Assembly: GCF_963921235.1 (NCBI RefSeq) | Contig: NC_086097.1 | Span: forward strand, 21,516,001 to 21,580,000 | Length of the DNA stretch: 64,000 bases | Reading direction: 5' to 3' | Source: Mobula hypostoma | Taxonomy: Eukaryota | Part shown: piece by piece, positions 36,701 to 48,618 of the stretch | How the letters are laid out: every line of letters begins with the position of its first letter | Position numbering within the stretch: position 1 is the stretch's first letter | The notes under the pieces: generated by a model | What the model was told of the DNA's origin: nothing | Database searches by the model: none | The model's input: only the letters and a program-made list of their open reading frames with translations | Program-made: the position numbers and the translations under genes

Positions 36701-37034
36701 ACTCTCATGAACTGATGCTTATTGCTTTTATCTTCAGCTGTGAGTACATTTTAATTGGTCCTTGTGTACTGTGGCAACCACTGCTTTGGTTGTGGGATTA
36801 AATGCTCACATACAGAATTCCAGAGCCTCTCTGTCAGCGCAGTGCACACGAAGGCTGCGCCTGGGATCAAGGGGAGAGTCTGAAGGTACGGGAAGAGGCA
36901 GTTAGGTAAGGAGGGAGGGAGATCAGCTACAGGCAAATTGACAGCAGTAAAGGACCACAAGTTGTTAAAAGGGGGAAAGGGTTCAAATGTCCTGGGCCCT
37001 TTTGGGTGGTTGTATCTGAACTGAGAGCCCTTTC

Positions 37035-38002
37035 CCTATCCTACCCGCTTTATACTTATGACTGTGAGGCCAAGCACATCTCCAATGCCATATTTAAGTT
37101 TGCTGACACCACTAGTGTCACTGGCTGAATCAAAGATGGTGACAAAGCAGCTTATAGGAGGAAGACTGAAAATCTGACTGAGTGGTACCACAGCAACTCA
37201 TTGTCAGCAGGACCCAGGAGCTGATTATTGTCTTCAGGAGGAGGAAACCAGAGGTTCATGAACCAGTCCTCATTGTGGGATCAGAGGTGGAGAGAGTCAG
37301 CAACATTAAATTCCTTGGCCTAGCACATTAGTGCCATTACAAAGAAAGCATGGTAGTATCTCTAACTTCCTTAGAAGTTTACAAGGATTTGGCATGTCAT
37401 CTAAAACTTTGACAAACTTCTATAGATGTGTGATGGAGAGTATACTGATTGGTTACATCAGAGCCTGATATGGAAACACTAATAACATTGAACAGAAAAG
37501 CGTACAGAAAGTAGTGGATACAGCCCAGTCCATCACGGGTAAAGCCCACCCCACCATTGAGCGCATCTACACGGAGCACTGTTGCAGGAAAGCAGCATCC
37601 ATCATCAGGGACCCCCCACTATCAGACCATGCTCTTTTCTTGCTGATGCCATTGGGAAGGAGGTACAGGAGCCAGAGGATTCAGTGACAGTTATCACCCC
37701 TCAACCATCAGGCTCTCGAGCCAAAATGGAGAACTTCACTCACCCCAATGCTGAACTGTTCCTACAACCTACAAATTAACTTCCAAAGACTCTTAATCTC
37801 ATGTTCTCGATATTTATTTATTATTATTATTTTGTTGGTTTCCTTTTTCTTTTTGTATTTTTACATTTTGTTTTTGCACTTTGGTTGTCCATCTTGTGTG
37901 CAGTTTTTCAGTGATTCTGTTGTGTTTCTGTGAATGCCCACAAGAAAATGAATCTCAGGGTTATATATGGTGACATATATGTACTTTGATATCAAATTTT
38001 GA
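37035..38002 (+). mobile_element. Rex1/Babar-type LINE, RT to 3' end, degraded
   Basis: aagtttgctgac (KFAD) ~37096; NFYRC..ESIL region; aatctcagggttatatatgg tail. Confidence 0.88.
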
Positions 38003-38019
38003 GTTAGCAAGGCAATTGA

Positions 38020-38670
38020 ACACAGAATTTAGAATATTATAGCACTGTACAGGCCTTTCAGCCCACAATGTGCTGACATTTTATCCTACTCAAAGATCAA
38101 TCCATGCATTGATTCCCACATAGCCCAACATTTTAAAATTATCCCTGTCCCTACCTAAGGGTTTCTTAAATGTCGCTAACGTACCTGCCTCTATCACCAC
38201 CACTGGCAGCGCGTATCTCGCACTCACCACTCTGTGTAAAAAGCCCTGACAACCCACCACCCCCAATTTTCTCCAATCACCTTTAAAATTTTGCCCTCTT
38301 GTATTAGGCAGTTCTGTCCTGAGAAAACAAAGTCTTCAGCTGTCAACTTGATCTATTCCTCTTATCGTCTTGCTCACCTACGTATGTCAAGTCACCTCCT
38401 TCGCACCAAAGAGAAAAGCCCTAGCTCACTCAACCTACCTTTATAAGACATCCTCTCTAACCATGACATCATCCTGATAAATCTCCACTGCACTGTTTTT
38501 AAAGCTTCCACATCCTTCCTGTAATGAGGTGACCAGAACTGAACACAATATTCCAAGTGTGGTTAGCCAGGGTCTTATAGAGCTGCAACATTACCTCGTG
38601 GCACTCGCACTCGAACTCAAATCCTGTCTAATGACGGCCTGCACACCATATTGCTTTCTTAACAACCATA
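38020..38670 (-). mobile_element. CR1 LINE 3' fragment
   Basis: Homologous to 11820-12470. Confidence 0.88.
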
Positions 38671-39984
38671 GGCTGTTTGAAGGTCGGTGAGTTGGAAGGG
38701 CTTTGGGCACTGTGGTTTGCAGTTTGGTACCTCAGGAGGGTGGAGCTGGTTGGTGGAAGAAGTTTGTTTGGATGGTTTCATAGGGTCTCCAATGGTCAGC
38801 AGCTAAATGGTTTCTAGGGCATCTCTGGGGCCTGTGGGGGGAGTCATTGCAGCCACGCTGTCATATCATGGCTGGCACGCTTGATATTAGTTTGCTATTG
38901 ATATAGTGAACAGTTCTTGTTTCATTTTTCAATGAGACAGATGATACCATACATCGAGTAGTAAAAGGAAAATTTCTGTTTGAGGGAAAGTGCAGTGCTG
39001 GTAGATCAATCAAGTGCGAGGGCCACATTGAGGGAGAGTGGGAGATCAGGCTGAGCTCATCTTACCACGATAGAAGGCAGACAGCCAAGGGCAGAAGAAA
39101 CCACTTCCCACAAGCTAACCTTGGAGGGTCAGGGTGCTGGTCAGTGTCAGGGTTCAAGCTCAGTTTGCCAACTCCCTACCCAATTAATTTCCCACTTCAA
39201 ACCACTCTCCCCACTCTCCATCGATCCTTCCACAGATCCTTACCAAGGCCTGTCAGAAAGCAACCAGACTCATGCCTGATCTGAGAAGACAATTTGAGGG
39301 AGTGAGCCAGCTCCCTCAACAGTACAAGCCTGCCCACCTTCAAAATGGTGGCATCTGTCATTATGAACTCTCACCATCCACAGTGTTTCCCTCTTCTCAC
39401 TACTACCATCAGGCAGGAGGTACAGGAGCCTGAAGACCAACACACAACGTTTTAGGAACAGCTTCTTCTCCCTCCAGCATCAGATTTCTGGATAGTCCAT
39501 GAACACATATCTCATTACTCTTTTTTTATTGTCACTTATAGTAATTTTATGTCTTGCACTGTATTGCCACAAAACGAGAAATTTTGTGGCGTATGTCAGT
39601 GATAATAAACTCGATTCTGATTCTGGATCCATTTCCAAACTAATATTTATTTCTGTGTCACACAGAAGCCCACCATTTTATTGACCCTAGTCAGGCTCTC
39701 AGAGAATTCCATCACTTCCACTCCCCCATTTAATTCTCTAAATACTATTCTGCAACTTGGCTAACAACTACCACCCACCACCTATCTACACAAGGAACAA
39801 TTTACAATGGCCAGTTAACCTACCAACCCACATACCTGTGGGATGGGGGAATCAACCAGCATAACTAGAAGAGACCCACGCAGCCACAGGAAAGAATGTA
39901 TGAAGTCCACGCAGACAGTGCGGGTGAACAAGATCACTTCTGGGTCAGTGGCACGCTACCTGCTGCTCTGTTGCTATACAGAGA

Positions 39985-40370
39985 GAACAAAGAGCTCTAC
40001 AGCACAGTACAAGCCCTTCAGCCCGGGACGGTGTGCCAACCTTTTAACCCACTATAAAATCAATCTAACCCTTCTCGCTTACATAGCCCTCTAATTTTCT
40101 ACCACCCATGTGCCTGTCTAAGAGTTTTTTTAAATGTCCCTAAAACATCTGTCTCTACCGCTACCCTTAGGAAGGTGTTTCATGCACCCTTTACCCTCTA
40201 GGTAAAGATGTTATCTCCGCCATTCCCTCTGTACTTTTCACCAATCATATGCCCCCTGTTATTAGTCTCTCATCTTCCGTCACTCCAAAGATAAAAGCCC
40301 CAGCCTGCTCAACCTCTCCTCATAAGACATGCACTCTAATCTAGGCAATGTGCTTACTAATCCAGGCCAC
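39985..40370 (-). mobile_element. CR1 LINE 3' fragment
   Basis: tacagcacagtacaagcccttcagccc tail; ctccaaagataaaagccccagc. Confidence 0.8.
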
Positions 40371-41369
40371 ATGGTATGTTCTGGAAAAGCATATAATAAT
40401 GTTTAACCAGCTTTTGCCTTACAACAAGGAAGTTACTCCTTGGACAACACTTGTTTAAAGTATTGCAGAAATTATTCATCAGGATGAAAGTTCTTGGCCC
40501 GAAACATCAGCTGTTAATCCTCTCCATAGATGCTGCCTGACCTGCTGAGTTCTTCCAGCATTTTGTGTGTGTTACTCTGGATTTCCAGTATCTGCAGAAT
40601 CTCTTGTGTTCACATTTGAAACTTCTACCTTTGTGCGACACACTGCTATTTACCCGTACTAATTAAGTGCTCTTATCAAAGTCTTTGAAATCTAATCATC
40701 CATTTGCCCAAAGGCATCTCTTCGCTTATTAAATAAGCTGCAGATTAAGATAGTAAATGCAGACAAATAATCTTTGACAGGGGAGATGATTTGTAATGAG
40801 GATAAAAGTGAAGGGTTTTATTTTTCGATGATCCCAAGCTGAATGTGCAGACGCTGGAAAGGGGATTGTATCAGTGAGCTCGCTGTGTAACAAACGAGAC
40901 TTGCCCATCCCATAGGACCGGAGACAGATGTAACTCACGACCGGCCGCACACTGTTGGCAGAAGATTAGCAGATCAGTGCTTAATGAGGCTTTCTCATTC
41001 ATCAACGTGGAGTGTTCAGTCGCACAAGTACCGTCTGGGAATTCAGACGAGTGCCAGGAGCGATAGCAAGCTAGTGAGCAAGAGATCAAATTCCCATCGT
41101 TCGGGGAGGCCTTCTGGATACAGCCAGTATACAATGAACCTTTTGAAGTTGGATTTTCTGCCTAATCCAGTGAACGGCCTTAGTGCTTTATCAAGCGTAA
41201 AGCGAGTTGATTATCACCCATTGACTCGACCACAAACAGAACCCAGAGCTGATCAGCAGGTCAGGCGGCATCTGTGGAGGGAAATGGACAGTTGGTGTTT
41301 ATGGATCAAAAACACTGATCAGTTGAAACACTGAACTTTGACCAGACTATTGAGTATGTGTGGAGGCTC

Positions 41370-41572
41370 AAGAAGCTGCAGGTGTTGGAACCTGGACCAA
41401 CACACAAGAAGCTAGAAGAGGTCAGTGGGTCAGTCAGCAGCCGTAGAGGGAAGTGGACAATTGACGTTTTAGGTCCCGAACCTTTCCATTTCCCTCCACA
41501 GATGCAGCCTGAACCACTAAGTTCCTCCAGCATTTTGTGTGTGTTGATCTGGACACCCAGCATCTGAAATTC
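41370..41572. mobile_element. PLE-derived fold-back (two inverted PLE ends)
   Basis: caacacacaagaagctagaagag...agagggaagtgga vs tccatttccctccaca...ctccagcattttgtgtgtgttg. Confidence 0.7.
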
Positions 41573-43962
41573 TACTCACACTCAGCAGTCCGGTCAAAGT
41601 TCAAAATTCAAAATAAATTTATTATCGAAGTACGTATAGATTACCATATCCTACCTTGGGATTCGTTTTCTTGCAGGCCTTTACAGGAGAAAAAAAAAAA
41701 GAAATGCAATAGAATTTACGAAAAGCCATACATAAACTGACAAAGACTGACAAGCAATCAATGTGCAAAAGAAGATGAACTGTGCATGTAAAAAATACAA
41801 CTCAGAACTTGAGTTGTAAAGAATCCATGAAAGTGAGTCTGCAGGTCATAGAATCAGTTGGAGTTGTGGTGAGTTGTTATCCACACCGGTTCGGGAGCCT
41901 GATGGTTGTAGGGTAATAACTCCCTGAACCTGGTGGTGTAGGGCCTAGGGCTTCTGTACCTCCTGCCTCATGGTAATAGTAAGAAGAGGGCATAGCCTGG
42001 ATGGTGGGGTCCTTGATAATGGATGCTAAAAGTACAACTTATAGTAAAGAGTTCCATTTAAGTGTCTGATAACATTGGGATAGAAGCTGTCCTTGAGCCT
42101 GGTAGTATGTGCTTTCAGGCTTTTGATTCTGATGGGAGATGGGAGAAGAGGGAATGTCCTTGGCTCATAATATCTGCGGTGAAGGAATGCTTAATTAAGC
42201 CAAATATCTTCTACCTGTATGATCCCTATTCTTGTGCGTGATCCATAGTACTTGTGGTCATGCCTTGAACTCTCTCATTTTTAGCTATCTGCCCCAAAGG
42301 CTGGGGGCGGGGGGATAGGTTGTGGGGAGGCATCTTCTGTTAACCGACCAGCTTGGCCGCCTCCTTCCTCTGGGCCCCGCACTTCCTTTCAGCCCGAATC
42401 TGAGGTTACTGCCTCTCTGCTGATTGCTGGCACCCTGTCCCCAAGGTTCACCTAGTCATCCCACCTACCACAGAGACTGATGTCTGTGATTGTCTTCATC
42501 CACAATGGCTCAAAAGCCCTATTTAAAAAATAGAAATACAATCCAAACAATTACAATGATTGAACATTTAAAAAATATTAAAATACCCCACACCTTTAAC
42601 AACAATTAAGTACAGTTAAAGCAAATGAAATCAGGGAAATTAAGTCGTTCCCACTGTTCTGTTGGTATTGTCCTTTCCCACGGGTTCCACTCAGGAGTCC
42701 TGACCCTCACAATCTGCCTCATTATGATCTTGCACATTAACATTTACCTGAACTGCACCTTTTTTTGGGAGCTTTTACACTTTATTCTGAATTGTTATTC
42801 TTTTACTTTATTCTAGCTTAGTCACTGTGTGATGATTTGATATGTATGAACAGTATGCAAGACAAGCTTTTCATTGTATTTCAGTATATGTGACAATTGT
42901 AAACCAATCCCAATACCTGTCAAATGGTGAAAGGCCTAATTCTGCTCCTATATCATAGCTTTATTAGTCAGGACGTCAAAAGTTACAGGGAGAAGACAGG
43001 AGAGTGAGATTGAGAGGGATAATCAATTAGCCATGGAGCAAACTCAATGGGCTGAATGGCCTAATTCTGCTCCTTTGTCTTATGGTCTTATTAGTCAGGC
43101 TGGTGGACTTAAGTTGCTCTGCAAGGGTTGCAATGGAAGAGACGCTGACCAACACCTTGTCAAGTGGTTTTGGAGCGCCGTTGAGATTTTATTGTTTTTG
43201 TGACTTGAAAAGTGCAGTGATGTTGTTGGATAAACTCCCTGACTCACTGAAGGGACATGAATGAGTTCCTAGTGGGCGAGATGCATTGTGCGTCATTAGC
43301 ATTGTATGCCTGTCGTGATGTATGTTATGAGTCAGATGACTTAGTGACCAGGGTGATGACGGGGATGGAGGGATTGGATTATGAAGGGTGATTACATAAA
43401 TAGGGCAAGGTTTGGGGGGGGGGGGTAATCCGAGTGGCGAGCTCAAATGATTAAGTAATGTGAAACATGGCATTTCACCTTATCCAGCACAGCAAAACTA
43501 CAGCAACTTTTACTTCTGGAGGGGAAAAAAATCAAAACTAATCATTGGAAATATTATTTCAGTCTGTGAATGTATCTGTGGAACAGCCTCCCTAGGGAGG
43601 CAGTGGAAGCAGATAGTGTTGATTCATTTAAATGCAAATTAGATAGACTTCTTTCAGAAAATAGCATTTTGTGATACAGTATTGTGAGTAATTTGAGACA
43701 TAACGTGTGTTGCTTGTAGCACTCCTGGGAATGAAAGACTTGTATTTCTATAGAGCCTTTTACATTTCTTTCAGGCCATTTGAAGTGTTTGTGAAGTTCA
43801 AAAAAGTTCAGTGTAAATTTATTATCACTTATATGTCACTGTATACTACCTTGGAACTCATTTTCTTGCAGGCATTCACTGTAGAACAGGGAAACACAAT
43901 AGAATCAAAGAAAAACTACACAAAAAGACTGACAAACAACCAATGTTGCAAAGACATTGGCA

Positions 43963-44810
43963 AATCAGAATCAGGTTTATTATCATCACTGGCATGTGAC
44001 GTGAAATTTGTTAACTTAGCAGCAGCAGTTCAATGCAATACATAATCTAGCAGAGAGAAAAAATAAATAAAATGATAATACTAAATAAAATAATAATAAA
44101 TATAATAATAATAAAAACAAGTAAATCAATTATGTATATTGAATGATTTTTAAAAAGTGCAAAAACAGAAATACTGTATATTTAAAAAAAAGTGAGGTAA
44201 TGTCCAAAGATTCAATGCCCATTTAGGAATTGGATGGCAGAGGGGAAGAAGCTGTTCTTGAATTGCTGTGTGTGTGCCTTCAGGCTTCTGATGGTAACAG
44301 TGAGAAAAGTGCATGCCCTGGGTGCTGGAGGTCCTTAAGAATGGACGCTGCTTTTCTGAGACACCGCTCCCTGAAGGTGTCCTGGGTACTTTGTAGGCTA
44401 GTATCCAAGATGGAGCTGACTAGATTTAAAACCTTCTGCAGCTTCTTTCGGTCCTGCGCAGTAGTCCCTCCATATCAGACAGTGATGCAGCCTATCAGAA
44501 TGCTCTCCATGGTACAACTATAGAAGTTTTTGAGTGTATTTGTTGACATGCCAAATCACTTCAAACTCCTAATAAAGTATAGCCACTGTCTTGCCTTCTT
44601 TATAACTGCATCGATATGTTGGGACCAGGTTAGATCCTCAGAGATCTTGACAGCCAGGAACTTGAAACTGCTCACTCCCTCAACTTCTGATCCCTCTGTG
44701 AGGATTGGTATGTGTTCCTTCGTCTTACCCTTCCTAAAGTCCACAGTCAGCTCTTTTGTCTTACTGACGTTGAGTGCCAGGTTGTTGCTGTGGCATCACT
44801 CCACTAGTTA
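43963..44810 (-). mobile_element. Rex1/Babar-type LINE 3' fragment nested in another LINE tail
   Basis: ORF 44556-44744 (DFRKGK...SSFKFLAVKISEDLTWS...KKARQWLYFIRSLK); (aatcag)n tail. Confidence 0.9.
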
Positions 44811-47744
44811 AAATAAATAAAGAACTTCTCAAAATAAATAAATAAATAATACGGAGGACATGGGTTGTTCCCACCAATCCATCCAGCCTCCTCTTTGACT
44901 TTCTACCATCAGGCAGGAGACTCTGATGCATAAAGACAAAAATGGTCAGGATGGGGAACAGTTTCTTCTCTCAGGCCGCTGGGCTTCTGAATTCCCTGTC
45001 ACATCGTATTCAAAGTGTCACTGGTTAATCTGTTCTGTATCTGACAATATTTAATTTATGTACTTTTATTTGTGCACAATTCATCTGTAGATTTAATCCT
45101 TACTTTCCTAAGTTATCGTGTATTAAATGTGTGTTAATTGTACTTCTGTGCTTTACTCCCGGGTCTGAATAAAAGTTGTCTTATTTCACAGAATACACCT
45201 ATGTGGTGAAATGACAATGAACTTGACTTGACTTGACTTGAATTGCTGAGTCCTTGAAAGTGAGTTCACAGGTTGTGGAATCAGTTCAGCGTTGGGGTGA
45301 GTGAAGCTATCCACTCTGGTTCAGGAGCCGGATGGTTGCAGGGTAATAACTGTTCCTGAATCTGGTGCTGTGTGATTTAAGGCTCCTGTGCTTCATTCCC
45401 GATGGCAGCAGGGAGTATGACTTGGATGGAGGGGTCCACGTTGTGGAAGTGCTCCCTGGAGGTGTGCTCAGTGGTGGAGAAGGGTTTTCCTCTGATGGAC
45501 TGGCTGTGTCCACGGCTTTTTGGAGGTTTTTCCACTCATGTGCATTGGTGTTTCCATACTGGACCACGCTGAAATGTAGAAATGTGTAGCCAATGTGGGA
45601 AGTATGTAGCCAATTGTGCACAGCATGCACCCAAAATAACAGATAATATTTTCAAGCAAACAACAGGAATTCTGCAGCTGCTGGAATTTCCCTTTAGTAC
45701 CTACCGACTGAGGGAGATATATTGGTCAGGACATTGGAAAGCCCTCCTCTACACTTCTTCGAATTTTTTTGGGGATATTTAACATCCACCTTATGTTAAT
45801 GTCCCAGCATTTCTTCAGTCTTTGTTTCTCTACTGAACTTGATACTAATTGATCCGAGGCAAGAGTTATTCTGACTGACCTACATTTAAATCTTGAAGCA
45901 ACAGCAAAACAAGCCTCTTTCCACCCTCCCACCTGCAGCCTCTAGGCACCAGGCTTTAGTCATTGGGCTCTGATTCTGGACTTCTGATCGACTTTCAGGC
46001 TCCAACCTTTGGTTTCAACTCCCCACTTAGCCGATGATGGTTCCCTGAACACTAGTCACGGCAACTGAGTGATCCTACCTGATATATGGACCTCTGGTCG
46101 CTGGCCTTCAAGTGCAGAGTGGAGGCCTGAACAATGGATGTCCTTCATCACCATGCACGCTGCTGGCCTTCGAACGCAGAGTGGGGGCTAGACCGCGGGT
46201 GCCCTTTGTCTCCTGACCATGTTGTTAGATACTGAATGTGGATTACGGAGTGGAGGGCTGACCTTTAATTCCAACACATCCCTGTCCGTAAACCCGAATC
46301 TGACATCTAGCTTCTTCACAAAACCGTCCCTAAACCTTAACCTGACTTTTAACTCCCCTTTCCGTCACCAATATCAACCCAATGATCTTAAAATAACAAC
46401 TATCTCTAAGACATGATCTCGATGGAAACCACAGCTTGGCACCATCTTTAAAAAAGTCTATAATAGCTCTATGTGAGATCAATCCAACTAACCCCACCTC
46501 CTTGGTTCTCCCCATGTCCCTGCAAACTCTTTTCTGTCATGAACGTACCCAGCTTCCTTCTGATTTCCACTGGTAAATAGTTTTTTCCTCACTTACATTT
46601 GATTTGTTTACCAGTCACTTCCTTTCTATGTTCCCTGTGTCTTGACCCTTCCACTGATGGGAACCGTTCCTCTCCATCCATTGACTACAGATTCTTCAGG
46701 ATTTTAAATACTTCTATCAGATCTCCATCCAACCTTGGCCTAGATGAACATCAAGTCTATCCACAACCATTCCTCTGTTCTTGAGTTATTTTACTAAATG
46801 TCCTTTGCATTCGCTCTGAAGCCTTTATATCTTATCTGAAGTATGTCAGCAAACTGGGCACCTTACTCCAGTGGTGCTAAACTAATGTCTTATCTGCATT
46901 CATCATAGCATCATGCTCTTGTACATTGAAGGACAACCCAGCCAGGGAATTGAGAAGATTGCTTCAGGATGTTGGCTTCATCGCATGCCTCCCTTGTGAC
47001 CCCTTGTGACCTTCTTTGTCTAAAGATAGCAGCAGATGCCAGACCATTCTACTTGCAAAAGGAATTAGTTGGAAGTTCAAAGAATTATTCAACAAAAGTT
47101 CTGGCACATACATGGCACCTCGTACGCAGTAAAATGGTCCAAAGAGCTTTGCAGGAGCATTAGCAAACAGAGTTTGATAATGAGATGTGTTATGGTAACT
47201 GCTCTGTCCAACACCACAAAAAACTGCCAAAAGTTGTGGACACAGCTCAGCACATCATGGAAACCAGCCTTCCCTCCATGGACTCTACCAAACTTCTTGC
47301 TGTCTTAGAAAAGCAGCCAGCATTACCAAAGACCTCACCCACCCCAGATGTTTCCTCTGCTCCCCTGTTCCATTGGGAAGAAGATACAAAAGGCTGAAAG
47401 CACGTTCCACCAGGCTCAAGGCATCAGAGTCTTGAACCGACCTCTTGTGCAATAAGATGGACTCTTGACTCCATGATCTACTTTGTTATGGCCTTGCATC
47501 TCATTGTCCAGTCCTAAGTGTAACACTTTAGTCTGCATTCTGTTATTGCTTTCCTTATCCATCTCAATGTACTGATGTGATTAAATGATCTATATGGATG
47601 GCATAAGGAGATGGCGGAACCAGTAACCAAAGTGTGGATGATGATGAACATTTTAATACAGGAGAGAGGGACTGAAGTGATGTTTAACAGATTTCCTAAT
47701 ACAGCACGCAAGCTAATTCAGTTAAACATGACCAACATTAATTG

Positions 47745-48253
47745 CACAATTCTGGGCAAAAGTCTCAGGCATGTATATATAGCTAGGGTGCCTAAGACTT
47801 CTGCAGAATACTGTAGTAATTTTATGTATTGCACTGTACTGCTGCTACAAAAGAAATCATGACATATGTCAGTGATGATAAGCCTGATTCTGATACGGGT
47901 CTCTATGGCGGACTGAGAGTGGGAAGGGGCCAGGCAGAGGGGAATCATGGTTGGGAGAAGGTGAAGGGAGATGGGAGGGAGTGGGAAGTTCCAGAAAGGC
48001 ATTCTGTAATGATCAATAAACCAATTGTTTGGAATCAAATGACCTTGCCTGGTGTCTCAAAGCTGGGTTTGTCTGCATTGGCCCCTGGCATTCCTTCTTT
48101 GCCCCACACCCCTCCCGTGGCTCGGCAGTCCACCTTCTCCATTCCCAACATTCTTTGCTCCTGCCAGACTTACAAACTCTCTCGGTCCTCCACATTGACA
48201 CATACGATAATGTGCAAAAGTGTGTGTGTCCAGGATTTTTGAACAATACTGTG
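47745..48253. mobile_element. composite Tc1-like non-autonomous element, copy 2
   Basis: gcaaaagtctcaggca...gtgcctaagacttctgcagaatactgta left hairpin; same interior as 22870-23464; shortened right hairpin. Confidence 0.75.
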
Positions 48254-48618
48254 TATTGCTAAAACAAATCAAAGGTGATAATTTGGAAATATTTTGAGCA
48301 ATTCCCACCCACCCCTGAAGGTCAAATCTATAAGTTTGCAGCATATTTGGGTATGGGTTCATCGATACTTGATTTTAACTACCTTTGTTTTACCAATGGT
48401 TATATTTTCACATTTACCACAAGATAATCAGTAGAAGAAGTAAGTAGAGACGACCTGCTTTACCTATAGAATCAGAATCAGGCATATGTTGTGAAATGTG
48501 TTGTTTTACAGCAGTAGTGCATTGCATACATAAATTACTAAAAATCATAATAATAATAAATAAATAACGCAAAAGAGGAATTATGAGATATATTTCATAG
48601 GTTCATGGAATATTCAGA

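Noticed and set aside
36816..36885. Possible small exon (cag|aattcc...ctgaag|gtacgg)
   Set aside because: No polypyrimidine tract and no recognisable peptide in any frame
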